Positions 1 to 13,957 are shown, counted from the stretch's first letter. The stretch is 64,000 bases of DNA from Phyllosticta citribraziliensis (GCF_038025025.1 NW_027117347.1:62001-126000); one strand, 5' to 3'. The notes: a model not told the origin generated them from the sequence alone. Numbers and translations: made by a program.

Positions 1-399
1 AGGGACTATATTATAGATAGTTCCTTATACTAGTACTAAGTATTAAAGGGAGGGGTAAGTATAGTAGAAGTAAGGGTCCTACTATAATAATACTAGTACT
101 AGGTTATATAAGAAGGGAGATCCTTACTAGGTGCTATATAGAAGTATATTATTAGCTATTTTAAGGAGATCTTCCTAGGTTTTAGTAGAAGTAGACTTAT
201 AGTATTTATATATTAGTAGTAATAAAGGTCCTAGATATAGAGGGGATGCTATAGTAAAAGGAAGTACTATAGTACTTTTAGCTACTACTTAATATTATAA
301 GTTTAGTTAGGACGTCTTTTTTTAAGTAAGGATTATATTATTATTATCTCTATCTTAGCCCTAGGGCCCTACTTATTCTTATCTACTTACTTATACTAC

Positions 400-1882
400 T
401 AAGCCTACTAGCTAGTACCTGCCTTACTTACCTAAGGCGTCCCTAACTATCTATAGACTATAATACTAAGCTAAGAAGAAAAATCTAGATAACCTTAACT
501 TTATAGTATTTCTTAATTAGGGCTTATATATTCTCTATTCTATAAGTAAAGAGCTAGTCTATATAATTATTAAGGGAGATATGGCCTAGCTGCCCTATAT
601 AGTACTAATAAGATAGCAAGCTAAGTAGATAATTAAATATTATAATAAGGAGCGCTCACATCTAACTACTAAGAAAAAAGGCTAGTATTAGCTAATAATC
701 TATATAAACTACCTCTATAATAAGGACGGCTATAGATTACTAAGGGTATATATTAGCTACTTTATAGATTACCTAGAAGAGTACCTTATAGATAATAACT
801 ATACCTTATAGGTTAAGAGCTTATTTCTTTATAATTATATATATAGCTATAGGTAATACCTTAATATAGGAGCTATTTATTTAAGAGGCGGTCCTATACC
901 GACCTGTATTTAAACTATTTATAGTTTTACTAGAAGTATATATAGATACCTTAAGACTAATATATTAGATCCCCCTTAAGCCCTATCTAAAGTTAGATAT
1001 ACTAATAATATAATAAAGTAACTTTATAAGTATTTAAAGTACTAGAGCTCTAACTTTTTAATAAATCTAATAGACGCCTTAATATACCTAGAATATAAGG
1101 GTAAGGGGTATAGCATCTACTAATTTATTCTCTATAAGGTCTTTACCCCCTTATAAGGCTAGATTAGTAAGGTCCTAATTAATTAATTAGGTATAGGCTA
1201 TATTAAGATAGGGTATAGCATGTCGTCCTTACTAATAGGCTATAGTAACACCTTATACCTAATATACTTTATTAAGATCTACTATAAATAGGCTGGTAGA
1301 GCGCGCCTCTATATACCGTTTTATAGTAAGTTTTAAACCCTATATAGCCTGCAAGTCTAACTAGTAGCAGTATAATTATATAAGCGCGTATAGTAGAAGA
1401 AGATAAAGCTAGCTATTTAGAGGGTATCTAAGCTAGAACTAGCTAGATAAGAGATGATAAACACTATAGACTAGTTATTAAGATAGGTTACTAAGTTAGA
1501 AATAAAGTCTAAGAAGGTCTAGGTATATATAAATAAGATAATTAAATCCTATAAGTAAGTATTAGAAAAGGTAGCTAATACTAAGAAGAGGGCTAACCTA
1601 TTAACTAGGATAGCTACTATTATTATAGATAATAATAGATAGTAGTAGGACTAGCCTAATAAGGATAACTAGCTATAGGCCTAGAAAAAGAAGAAGAGGG
1701 AGGTAGTAGAGTTAGCTAAGTTATAAGAGTTTAAGGAGTTTAAGGACTTAAAGGAGTTAGAGTAATTAGAGCTAATAGAGTAGTTAGAATAGTTAGAGTA
1801 GTTAGAGTAGTAGGAGTAGTTAGAGGAGTTATAGGAGTTATAGGAGTTAGGAAAGGGTAAAGAAAAGTAGTATACTAAGTAA
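400..1882 (+). pseudogene. RIPed family A orphan gene with C-terminal coiled-coil/acidic tail
   Basis: 722-815 reads KDGYRLLRVYISYFIDYLEEYLIDNNYTL*VK, matching QDGFGPPPNDMQHITALLEQYLTDAKYTKKVD at 32.67-32.57 kb (-). 1045-1325 de-RIPs to SNFLMNLMDA...PLQGWISKVLINQLGMGY...WAGRARLYMPF, matching SNFIMNLVDA...PQQGWVAEMLINRLGMGY...WAGMAELYTPF at 40.8-41.1 kb. Confidence 0.8.
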
Positions 1883-2239
1883 TAGCCTTAGGTCTTTACT
1901 ATATATTAAGGGGTAAGTAGTTATTAGTTTAATTAATAGAATATAAAGAGTTTCTAATATAGCTTATATAAATAATATATTAGGACTGCTATATAAATGC
2001 TCCTTATCTAGGTTTAAGTAATAGACTAGTCTAGGCTAAGGTTACGCTAGACTAGACCCTTAGTATAGGTATTAATACCTACTAAGCTAAGAAATCCTCT
2101 AAAACCCTAACCCTCTAACTTAAAACCTAAACCTTAGCTAATATACTCTTAGCTTACTACTACTATAACGTCTTAGAATGCTATAGATAATAGTAAATAG
2201 CTAACTAATTCTTACTCTTTTCTAGAGTATAAGCTCTCT

Positions 2240-2875
2240 ACTAATTCCTATATAGATAATGCTAATATAACTACTAGATATAAGGAGCTATCTAAAGATA
2301 CTAACTCTAGTATATTAAGCCTTCCCTATACTATATAAAGACTAAACCTAACTTATTAGTAGTTAACTATAGTACTAATACCTTTAGTAATTTATCTAAG
2401 CTTAGCCCTAATAAGATAGATACTAGCTATAAGTTATATCTCCTCTTCTATAGATAATGCTAACCTATATAGACTAGGATAAAAGTATAATTAAGCTCTA
2501 AGCTAAGATTAAACACCTCTACTAAGAGGGTATTACTAAAGATAAAAAACTCTATAACCTTAAATATTATACTTACCTTATTACTAATAAGAATAGAGAT
2601 CTCTATAAAGATAACTATAACTTCTAGGATAAGTTAAAGAAAAGGTATAAGGCTAGTATAAGCCTAATAGAATATAAGGTCGCTTTACTTATCTAGAGCT
2701 ATAATTAGATTACTAAGAGGGTTAATTTAGTTAATAAGAGGGTTAATTTACTTATTAAGAGGGTTAATATAATTACTAAGATAAGTACTAAGATTAAGGG
2801 TATAATTATTTTACTTATTAAAGTAATTAACTTACTTAATTAGAGTAGTAGCTAGCTTTATTAGTCAGGTCCTAG
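2240..2875 (+). pseudogene. RIPed family B small coiled-coil gene
   Basis: 2455-2510 de-RIPs to MLTY(V/A)DQDKSMIKLQAKI and the end to TQLEQQLALLVRS*. These parallel LTFADGYKAMARLQSKN and TRLELAPSSLLARP* in ORF 21274..21579(-). A 21-bp heptad repeat lies at ~2708-2790. Confidence 0.65.
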
Positions 2876-3483
2876 TATAGGTATATAGCTACCTATATAT
2901 ACTTATAGTCCTAGAAAAGGACCTAGTTAGTATAGTATAAGTCTAGATAAAGCTTCTTTTATATCTTAGGGTAGCCTACTATACTAATAAAATACTATTA
3001 AGGAGGTTAGGAGAAGGATAACTTAGTAGACTAAGTATAGTAAGGAAGCTAGTAGATTATTAGTACTATTTTATAGTTACTATAGGTTTAGGTAGAGAAT
3101 AGGACTTTACTACTTAGTTAATACTTAAGCTAGATATAGTAGTTAGATAGGATAGGGTATAAGTTAGTTAAATATAGTTTTTTACTACTTTATAATCTAT
3201 ATCTTACCTATAGTATTTTAAATACTTAGGATCTCTTAAGATATAATATATAGGAATAAGGAGTATTTATCCTTCTAGTTAAGCTAGCTACTATTATTTA
3301 TTACTAGCCGCTGCAGCTTTAGCATAGCTGACCTAGTAAGGGGCGTGCTAGGCGTGCTAGTAATAGTATAAATAGTAGCATATCTAGTTTAGGTAATAGT
3401 AATTCTAGTAGTATAAGATAGTTAATAAGTTTAGAGTAATATATCTATTTTTAGTACTATATCTTCTACTAACTACTCTATCT

Positions 3484-3590
3484 TAGACCTTTTTATCTAT
3501 ACTTCTTTAGACCTTTTTATTTATACTCCTCTAGACCTTTTTATCTATACTCCTCTAGACCTATTTATCTATACTTCTCTAGACCTATTC
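3484..3590. repeat. 24-bp tandem repeat (~4.5 copies); minus strand de-RIPs to about (RSVDEKVQ)n
   Basis: Unit tagacctttttatctatacttctt is repeated directly. Confidence 0.85.
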
Positions 3591-4737
3591 GTCCCGCCCC
3601 TCTATAACTAATTACTAACTTACTCTATTCTATACCTAGCCTCTAAGGTTATAAAGGCGCTAGTATTAGGTATTAATTATATATACTATATAGGCTTATT
3701 AAGTATAGAGTTTATCCTAGTCTTTTATTACCTACTCTAACTTCTTAATAACTTTAGTAAGTAGTTCTAGTATAACTTATAGTAGCTCTTTTATATACTC
3801 TTTATAGAATCTACTAGTCTATATTATAAGAGTAGTAGTATTTCCTAGAGAGGAGTTATTAAGGCTATTAAGAACTACTAAGTACTAAAGGTTAACTTAA
3901 GAGGTAAGATCTTTAATAGCTTACTCCTTAATATTAGGCTATAGGAAGTGATCTAGTACTAAGGAGGAGATATTACTTAGAATTATATTATTAGTAGTAC
4001 TAGCCTTTTCTAGACTACTAATCTTATTAGCTAAAGAGATAGTGTTCTTTAGTAGGTTAGATACTAGTATTAGTCTACTCTTATTATTATTACTCTAGAT
4101 ATTAAGGCTGGCTATTTAGTCTAGCCCCTTAGTTAGCTTCTAGAATTATAAAATATACTAGTTATCGCGATCTACTAAGTCCTAGGTTATAGTAATAAAG
4201 GAGCCTATAAGCCTATTACTAATATAGCTAGCTTATTAAAGTTTATTAATTATTAAAGTAAGATAAATAGTATTCTAAGGTAGGTTAAAATAAAGCTTCT
4301 CCTAATTATTATATTTATTAGCTAGGATGTTAGTAGTATTAGAAGTAATAGCTATAACCTTATTAACTACTAATTAGACTTATAAAGTATTATCTCCTAA
4401 GAAGTAGTCGGCGTATATAGTTAGTACTAAAGTTATTAAAGAGAAGCTAGAGATATAGTAGTCTATATTTTAAACTATAGCCTTCTAGTTACTAGTAGTA
4501 TAGTCTAAGGGCTTAACCTTCTAGAAGCTAGAGATCTTATCTTACTCCTTAAGCTTAAGCTTAAGCTCTATAGCTCCTATATTAGCTGCTATTTAGATCT
4601 CTAGGATTAGGTTATTAATATCTAAAGTCTTATATATAGAGTGCACGTTATATTAGACCAGGTTGCCTATAATCTTTAACTATAACTAAAATATATATAA
4701 AGTCTCTAATAACTAACCTTAGACTATCTTAAGTTTC

Positions 4738-4848
4738 TAGTAGACCTAACTAATCTCCTCTTAGGCTTCTTAGTAGACCTAACTAGTTTTATTTTAGGCT
4801 TCTTAGTAGACCTAACTAGTTTTATCTTAGGCTTCCTAGTAGACCTAA
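4738..4848. repeat. 33-bp tandem repeat (~3.5 copies); minus strand about (EAQDETSQVYQ)n
   Basis: Unit tagtagacctaactagttttattttaggcttct recurs. Confidence 0.85.
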
Positions 4849-5076
4849 ATATTTTTCTACTTAGCTGTCCTCTTTTTAGAATTTATAGATGTAATTTTAT
4901 AGCTAGCCTCTCTAATAGTATCGCCTATCGTCTTAGAGGGGTTAAATAGAGTAATAGTAGTAAGCTTTTACTATAGCTATTTAGACTCCTTAGTATCACT
5001 CCTAGCCTTATAGGCCTATACTACCTAAAGCGCTTCTTATAGCTCTATAACCTAAGTATCTAGGTCCTCTAAAATA

Positions 5077-6100
5077 AGGCTAGTCTTAAGCAAGTTTATA
5101 CTTATATTAAAGCTCTAGTTAGTATTATTATAAGTCTTTTATAAAGCTTTAATAGGGTTATATAAGTTAGTAGAAGTTAACTTTAGCCTTAGCTCTTCCT
5201 CTTTAAAACTATCCTTAGTCTACTCTATAGCGCTCTAGATCTCTAGGATTAGAGTATTAAATAATATATCTTTATCCTTAAAGACTAGGTTAGTTTTAAA
5301 GAGGCTAGTCTTAAGTAAGTTTATACTTATCTTAAAGCTCTAGTTAGTATTATTATAAGTCTTTTATAAAGCTTTAATAGGGTTATATAAGTTAGTAGAA
5401 GTTAACTTTAGCCTTAGCTCTTCCTCTTTAAAACTATCCTTAGCCTACTCTATAGTACTCTAGATCTCTAGGATTAGAGTGTTAAATAATACATCTTTAT
5501 CCTTAAAGACTAGGTTAGTTTTAAAGAGGCTAGTCTTAAGTAAGTTTATACTTATCTTAAAGCTCTAGTTAGTATTATTATAAGTCTTTTATAGAGCTTT
5601 AATAGGGTTAAATAAGTTAACTATAGTTAACTTAGTATATAGCTCCTCCTCTTTAAAACCATCCTTAGCCTGCTCTATAATACTTTAAATTTTAGGTAGG
5701 ATACTATAAACCTGCTTATATTTATCTTCTATAATAAGACTAGTTTTAATTAAGGTAGTACTAGTCTTAAAGTCTTAACTAATAGTATTAAATAACTTTT
5801 TTAGAGCTTTAATAGGGTTAAATAAGTTAACTATAGTTAACTTAGTATGTGGCTCCTCCTCTTTAAAACCATCCTTAGCCTGCTCTATAACACTTTAAAT
5901 TTTAGGTAGAATACTATAAACCTGCTTATATTTATCTTCTATAATAAGACTAGTTTTAATTAAGGTGGTACTAGTCTTAAAGTCTTAACTAATAGTATTA
6001 AATAACTTTTTTAGAGCTTTAATAGGGTTAAATAAGTTAGTTATAGTTAATATTATACGCGGCTCCTTATCTTTAAAACTATCCTTAGCCTGCTCTATAG
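5077..6100. repeat. Compound coding tandem repeat: 225-bp units followed by related 210-bp units
   Basis: aggctagtcttaag occurs at 5077, 5302 and 5527 (period 225). agagctttaatagggttaaataag occurs near 5593, 5803 and 6013 (period 210). The minus strand unit reads NPIKALKKLFNTISQDFKT...EQAKDGFKEEEP. Confidence 0.9.
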
Positions 6101-6580
6101 CCTCCTTTACTATAGTAACTAAGCTTTAGACTTATTCTACTATATCTTTATATTTAAAAGAGGGACTAGTACTAATAATAGTAGAAATTATCTCTAACTC
6201 CTTTTCTCTCTCCTAGTAGTTTTTATTAGCCGTTCTTAGGCTGCGCATGTTATTATTAGACTATTAAATAGCTAAGGCCCTAGACTAATATAGCGCATCT
6301 ATACTCTTATTAATTAAGAAAAGTAGGGTATTTTTAGGATCTTAAAGAGAGATACTCTTAAGCTTCTCTCTTAGTAAGTAGTCTAAGATAAATTTATTAT
6401 CTAGGGAGCTTCCTAAAAGCCTAGCTGCTTTAGAGATAGTACTAAGCTTAGCTTAGATATTACGTGCCTATTTATCTAAGTTAATATAGGTGTCCTAGAC
6501 CGTTTTAACTAGGAGCTTATTAACCGCCTTAAGCTAATTAAGATACTTAGAATTATTACTTTAAATACCCTTAAGCTTCT

Positions 6581-7045
6581 TAATATAGGAGTTCTTCTTT
6601 ATAGCCTCCTTCTTAAGCTCTTTAATATTAGAGTTCTTCTTTATAGCCTTCTACTTAAGCTCCTTAATATAGGAGTTCTTCTCTCTAGCCTCTTACTTAA
6701 GCTCTTTAATATAGGTACTCTTCTTCCTAGCCTCTTACTTAAGCTCCTTAATATAGGAGTTCTTCTTTATAGCCTCCTTCTTAAGCTCCTTAATACTAGA
6801 GTTCTTCTTTATAGCCTCCTACTTAAGCTCCTTAATATAAGAGTTCTTCTCTTTAGCCTCCTACTTAAGCTCCTTAATATAGGAGTTCTTCTTTCTAGCC
6901 TCTTACTTAAGCTTTTTAATATAGGTGCTCTTCTTCCTAGCCCCTTATTTAAGCTCCTTAATATAGGAGTTCTTCTCTCTAGCCTCTTATTTAAGCTATT
7001 TAATATAAGGGTCCTTCTATCTAGCTACCTACTTAAGCTCCTAAA
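6581..7045. repeat. 42-bp tandem repeat x~11 encoding a double-heptad coiled coil (IKELKQEAxEKNSx)
   Basis: Unit taatataggagttcttctttatagcctcctncttaagctcnt has period 42. Confidence 0.92.
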
Positions 7046-7883
7046 TAAGTGATTTTTACTATATAACTTCTTAATTAAGTCTATTCTTTTCTCTCTTAAC
7101 TCCCTTAAGCTACTAGATATACGCGGCTTTTACTATAACCTTACCCTAGAGGTTAGAATTTTCTTATATTAATTAAATATTTTAGTCTCTTATTTAGAGT
7201 ATAGAAGGACGGTCCTTCTCTTTAATATATTCTTAGTATATCTCTTTAAACTTACTATTCTATTTAGTAAGCTTATTATTCTACTATATATATTCTTATA
7301 GGCTTATCCTTAATTCTTTATTCTATACTCTAGTATCTTTAAACTACTTTTCTATCTTACTTACTATAGATTCTAAGATATTAGTAGATACCCTATTAGT
7401 AATATCTTTAGTCTAAAGAGTAAATATTAAATATATAGCTATAAGATTAATAGCCCCCTTAGCCTCTATATAGGCTTTATAGACTTCTTATACCTAAAGC
7501 TATACCTTTTTAGTACTCTTCTTCTTAATACCGACTTCTCTTATAAAATCCTTATTAAGTTTAATAAGCTTATTAATCTTCTATTAGTTTAAAAGTATAG
7601 GTTGCTCCTTTCTACTAGATATAAAGGATATAAGTTTAAAACTAGGAGCTTAATTATTAGCTATAGTAAGGGGCAACTCTCTAAATATTAAGAAGGTAAT
7701 TTATATTAGCTAGAGGACTTTATAGAGCTATATTAAAAGGCTATTAGTATAAGCTAGTATTACCTAATATAATAAGGAAGAACCTACTAAGAGAATTAAC
7801 TTTATAGAGAAGTCGCCTAGTAAGGGAGTAAGTATTAGATATTAAGAGAGGAGTAAATAATAGGAGGGGGCTAACTACTTAGA

Positions 7884-8110
7884 GGTTAAGAGAGTAGAAG
7901 AGAATAATAGGTAAGATAAATCTCTATAGGTTAAGAAGGTAGGAGAAAACTACTAGTAAGGTATAAATTTTAGTTAAGAAGGTAGGAAAATAACTAGTAA
8001 GGTATAAATTTTAGTTAAGAAGGTAGGAGAAAACTACTAGTAAGATATAAATTTTAGTTAAGAAGGTAGGAAAATAACTAGTAAGAGATAAATCTCTAGA
8101 GGTTAAGTAG
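7884..8110. repeat. ~42-bp imperfect tandem repeat x~5 upstream of the family C gene
   Basis: gttaagaaggtaggagaaaactactagtaag...aaattttag recurs. Confidence 0.8.
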
Positions 8111-8399
8111 GAAATAAAAAGAGAGGTAGGAAAGGTCTATTAGTAGTTTTAGTAGTAGAACTAAAGTATAATATATAATAAGGAGTATAGTAACCTTAAG
8201 CTAGTACTATAGGGACGGGCAAGATAAAAATTTTAAGAGAAAATAACTAAAGGGTTATATATTAGAGAGGTTATAGAGGCGTAGAGGGTATATTTAGAAT
8301 TAATAGGGTGCGAGTATTATAGGTCGTATTAGAGGTAATAAGCTAGAGGTAACAAGCTAGAGGTAACTAGAGTAAAGTAGAATAATAAAGGCCGGTATA

Positions 8400-9310
8400 A
8401 TATATAAATACTCCTAGTAGGTTCCTAGTATATAGAGGATATTATAAATAGAATTACTAATATTTTATCCTATAAACTAAAGCGAAGTAACGGCGGTCTA
8501 TAGGTATAAGACTACTATAGCTATAAAACTTAGCCTAGCTAGCTAAACCTCTACTAACTCTCTTTAACTCTTTATTAATATTAAGATAGTAAGAAGCTTG
8601 CCTTGCCTTATAATCTATACTAATATTATAGATGCCTCTTACCCTATCCCTAAAGATAAACGCCTATTCTAGGTAAGGTTTATTACCTTAGTATATTAGC
8701 CTTATAAGAACTCCCTCTAGCTTAATAGCCTAAAGCTTATATATCTAGGCTTTCTCTTAATTATATTAGAGCCTATATAAGTATAGAACCCTTAGGTTAA
8801 TAAGGCTATTTTTATACTCTATAAGCCTAGTAAAGGTATTACTATTTATTATAAGGTTAATAAGACTAATACCTATAGTAATACTATTATTCCCCTCTAT
8901 TATAATAATAATACTATCTTTATCTCTACCTTAAGTAGTAAGGAGATATACCTCCTAATAAATAATATAGCCCGCTACTATATAACTATCTACTAGCTAG
9001 AGAATAAGCATATTATAATAATTTTAGCTACTAGTAATAGTAAAGGTAGGGCCTATATAACCTAAGTTAATAATATAGTCTTAAAGGTTAGTTGCCCTAA
9101 GGACCTCTAGATTAGAAGTAAGATTTACTTTAGTAATAGTAACCTCTAAGACCTATTCTCTAACTAGACTATTACTAATATTTCCTAGGGTGCTATAGTC
9201 CTAGTTAATCTATAGGCTAATAACCTCTATAGGCTTCTACTTATTAAGGTTACTAGCCCTATACTCCTCCTTATATTTAGTATAGCCAGCTTCTACCTCA
9301 TTACCTAAAT
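8400..9310 (+). pseudogene. RIPed family D orphan gene
   Basis: De-RIPed motifs KTTMAVKLSL (8508), TIIPL..EIYLLMNNMARYY (8880-8985) and NNLCRLLL (9220) appear in the same order as VTTLAVKIRL, KMILP..MLNMDNIAHYY and TSLCRELL on the minus strand at 23.79-22.77 kb. Confidence 0.6.
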
Positions 9311-10210
9311 TATAAAAAGCTACATTATATAGTAGGGGCTTACTTAGGATAGATAGGGTAATTAAGTTTCTAGTAAAAATAGTATAATAAAGTTAAGGGA
9401 AGACTTTAAACCTTAGTAGGTAGTTATTAAATATAGTAGTTTTAAGTCCTTATAGTAAGTAGATAATTAAAATAACTAACTATTATATATAATTTAATAG
9501 CTAGCTATACGCGCTAGTTATTTTTAAGGCTCTTCTTAATAGATAGTATCCTTACCCTTAGTATAGTCTATCCTCTACTAATATATTTATATATTATACT
9601 TAGATTAAACGACTCCTACCTTACTATAGTAAGGTATTAAAAGGAGCAGCTAAGACCTAGCAGGTTAATTAGGCTTGTCATCTTGCTTAGTAGTAGTTAT
9701 TTATAGATTTAAGGGAACGTGGCTTAAAAGCGGTCTATATTATAGAGTCTTTACCTATAACTATAAGCTAAATCCTCCTAATATTAGTCTAGCTTATAGT
9801 ATAGCTTCTACCTTAGGAGATCCTCTTAGCCACTTTATTTAATATATTAAAAGGACGCTATAGATATATTAGACTAGTAAATAGAGGATCTCTTAGAGTT
9901 ATATTACTTTAGAAGCCTATAGTAGATAGTAGTAGTACTAACTACTAGAGAGAAAGATTATAAGTATATATTTAGCTATATATACTATATCTTAAAAAGG
10001 AGCTAGATACTAATAAATATTAAGTAGTTTAGAAATAGAAGGGGAGGTAAGGTTAGAGGTTAAAAGATATATACTACGCTTTATTAGTAGACTTAGAGTC
10101 CTTATATCACACTCTACCCTATTAAACCTATATATAACTAAGTATATAAATTCTACTATCTATTATCCTACTCTTATATCCTTACTCTACTTCTATATTT
10201 ATATTATTAA

Positions 10211-11100
10211 GATGGCTGCTCTAAGCTCTAGGCCCTTATAGTAGGTATTAGACCGCCTTAGTAGGCTTCCTAACTTAATAGTCCTAACTTTAATCTTACT
10301 ACCTATAAGTCTCCTATTTAGTTTAGCTAATTTTAATAGATAAGACTATATTTATAGACTTAAACCTTATATCCTTACTAGTATTTATTATTACTATATA
10401 TTTATTTATTAGCCTATCTTATTTAATTTCTTATTACTATCTTATTAGTATTTATTATTACTATATATTTATTTATTAGCCTATCTTACTAAAGTTTAGC
10501 CTTACTTACTAATCTTACTACATCCTCTTCCTATATTTAAATTTAATTAAATAGGACTAATTTCTCTATTTCTATCCTACTCCTATATCTAATATTATAA
10601 AAGTCTACTAGAATAGATAATTTACTTACTCTTATTATATATCTTCTTAAAAAAGGCCCTTATTAAGTCCTAGCTAGATAGATAATTCTTATATAACTAT
10701 ATATATAAATAGTAATATAGCTTTATTATATCTTATATTATCCTTTAACTATACTATTCTAAACTAGATGCTAAACTTAGCTTATATATAGAGATTAGCC
10801 TTATATATAACTTTTCCTCCTAGGACCTTCTATCTAATATTCCTATCCTATATAATAGTTATAGTAATATAATAATAATCTAGAGTAAGTAGTTAATTAT
10901 AGCTCTAATAATAAATACACACCTTAGGCTAGAAGTCTATTAAAGGTGGATAGTATAAGATATTAATAGAGATATATATTAGTAAGACCTATATAACCTG
11001 TACTAGAGCCTCTAGGATAGATATAGTAGCTATAGAGTACTAGTATATTTAAGGTATTATAGTATAAATCTCTAGTATAAAAGCCTTACTAATAAATTTA
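10211..11100 (+). pseudogene. RIPed family E orphan gene with internal ~67-bp duplication
   Basis: ATG survives at ~10212. LILLPVSLLFGLA resembles LLINLVSLLLGTS at 28.89-28.85 kb (-). Duplicated tract at 10379 and 10446. Confidence 0.4.
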
Positions 11101-13957
11101 TAGTAGAAGTAGACCTACCTATACTCTAACTACCTTAACCTTATTCCTTAATAGTAAGCACCTACCTATTAGACATGCCTTACTACTATAATAAAAAGAA
11201 TCGCGAGGAAATACTAAATATAATATTAAAGCTAGATATTAAGGACTAAGCTACCTAAATACTAGAGGATAAGGTAAAGATAGGTATTATCTTACTACTT
11301 ATACTTAGATTCTAAGTAAGATCTTAGTTTAAGATAGCTAACTATCTAGGAAGAAATACTAGAATTAGGATAGTCTACTAAGGCTTCCTAGTAGTACTAT
11401 TACTACCTATTAGGTACTACTATAGCTATATAAGTACTACTAGCTCCCTTACCCTTAGCCCCTCTAATAGTAATAACAATTCTGCTGAGGCTGGCGTTAA
11501 TAATAATAAGTAGGAGGTAGAGGATAAGGGTAAAGATAATAATAATAAGGAGGATAAAGACCCTTAAGTATAATAGTAAGATAGGGCCTAGCTTACTATA
11601 CTATAGATAGTAAGTAGATTAGTCGTATTATTAAAGTAACCTAGAGGGTAAGCCTATCTCCTACTATATAATCTATACTAGGGCTATAAAGAAGGGGGCC
11701 AGCGTATAGATACTAGGATAGGTAAGATAGCCTATAATAAGTACTACTAGTAGCTAGGTAGCTAACCTGTATTATAGACCGCTAGTAAGGCGGCTTTTAC
11801 TTAATACTACTAGATAAGGCTAGAAGAGGCTAAGATAAGCATTAATAAAGTCTCTAACTACTATAGGTAGTAACCTAAAAGCTAGGGTACTTATTCTTAA
11901 TCTAAATATCCTAGACTGCCTTAAGCTACTACCTTAGCTCTTAAATTACTCCTAGTATTTTCTTTACCTATAAGGAGGAAGCACGCCATCTTTAGAGTAG
12001 CTCTTTACTACCTCTTAACTCTAACTTTAACCTTAATCTCTACCTCTATCTCTACCTCTATAAGATTATATAGTTCTTAGCTTTAGCCTTACCCTTATCT
12101 CTAGCCCTCGCCTTAACTCTAATATTACTATCTATTTCTATCTAGTAATATAAGTCTCTAGAGGAGTTTAAGAAAGCTAAGTATAGAAATCTTAACTAGC
12201 TCTAAGAAAGGGCTAGTATATATAAAGCTTTAGATATTATTAATCTATTAATTGCCTAGTTAAAGTAGAAGGATAGGTTAGTAAAGGACCTATATAACTA
12301 CTTAGCCTAGACTATCTATACTATTAAATATATAATAATATTAACTAAGGACCTGCCTTATATTAGGTTAATACTAGTAGCTACTATAATATTCCTAGGC
12401 CTTATAAGCTAACCTATAGCTTATAGGTAGTCTAGAATACTATAAAGAGAACTCTTAGTAACACCGCATAGTCTAATTTAAAAGATTTTATTAAATAGGT
12501 ATAAATATAGACTAAAGAGCTGGCCTAAGTCTATAAAATAGCATATTCTAGTTAGCTTAGTATTTAGAAACCTATTAATAGCCCGTCTATAGTAGCTACT
12601 TTTAAAGTCGACGCGCTAAACCTATAGGCCTAGAACTCTATTATACTCCTAGATATTAACTTTATTAATCCTAGAGAAGTATTAACTTAATCCTTATTAA
12701 TATCTATTATAGTTCTAGCTAATAAAGTCTATAAAGATAGGGAGACTTTAGAGGTACTTTACTAGCTTCTAAGAGTAAGACACTTTATATATAATATTAA
12801 TAATATAGGAAAAGGTCTATAGATTATAGAGTAATATTTATAGTAGTCTATTAATACTTTAGGGCCACTCTTTAGTTATATTATATAAAGTCTTATTAAT
12901 ACTCTTAGGTATAGCGAAATATTAGAATAGCTACCTATAAAACTAAGAATATAGAAAGTATATTTATAGACTTAAAGACGTACTCTAAAACTTTTCTAAG
13001 TATATTAGAGGTATTCTTAGTATTAAATTCGACATATAAGAGCTTAAAGGGCTTACTAAAAATAAAATCTTAGCCTTCCTAGCATGCTATTAGAGCTATC
13101 TATTTTAAAGTAATAGCTAAGTTACTAGAAGGGTATAAGAGGCTAAAATTTCCTCTACTAGCTTAGGGTAAAGGCTAATATATTAAGGCCTTAGATATTA
13201 TTAACCCTTTAATTATATAGCTTAATAAGGCTAAGGCTACTACTACTATCTATAAGTAGACTAACTTTTATATTTCTCTACCTTTATTATAATAGTTCTT
13301 CCTACCTACCTATTTACTATTATAGGCAACGCGCCCTTAATAGGCCGTAGACTAGATACCTACCTAGGAGGCTTAAGAAAGAGAGTAAGCTTAGGGTCAA
13401 CCTTTAACCTAGAGCTAACTATATATAAGAAGCCTTATATCCTTAAACTAACTATAGTAAGCTGCTATTCTTCTACCCCTATAAACTTACTATATAGAAA
13501 GCCTCTTATAACTTATTAGTACTACTAGATTAAGTACTTAGTTATCCTTATACTTAAATACTCCTAGTAATTAATAATATAATAAAATCTTATATATTCT
13601 CTTATCTTTATTCTTTATATAACAGCCTGCCTTTCTACCCCCTTTTATTCTATTTTATAACTATATTATATCCTTTCTACTCTTTCTTTTATAATTCTTA
13701 TTCTTATTTAGCTATTTAGGTTGATTTAGTTTACTTTTATATTAGAGACTTAGACTAGACGTTATACTACGCTCTATAGGTGACTAATATATACCTAAAA
13801 TAAGCTACTACTTCTATTAGGGTTTTTAAATACCTAAGCTTTCCTAGTAGCTACTAAGCTTATCTAGTAGTTAATTAGCTTTAAGCTAATATTTCCTATT
13901 AGGCTTTCTTAAATACTATTAATCTTATATAGCAGCTAGTAAGCTTTCCTAGTAGCT

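Larger units (their letters stand above)
3290..7660 (-). pseudogene. RIPed family C giant (~1400 aa) coiled-coil/tandem-repeat protein gene
   Basis: Treating TAG/TAA as CAG/CAA gives long helical reading through in-frame repeats of 42, 210, 225, 33 and 24 bp, all multiples of 3. Frame continuity was checked by eye only in part. Ends are approximate. Confidence 0.7.

Noticed and set aside
2101..2135. Telomere-like (CCCTAA) tract
   Set aside because: Only about two units in RIP-biased sequence.
3484..3590. Alternative de-RIP frame giving tandem SRGVQT (LC8-like) motifs
   Set aside because: The other frame (QVQNRV..QVQRSVDE..KVQDRV) fits the flanks better, and RIP makes the reading ambiguous.
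6581..7045. CRISPR-like array (also 13958-14100 and 23754-23963)
   Set aside because: Eukaryotic context, contiguous units with no unique spacers, no cas genes. The 42-bp period is codon-phased.
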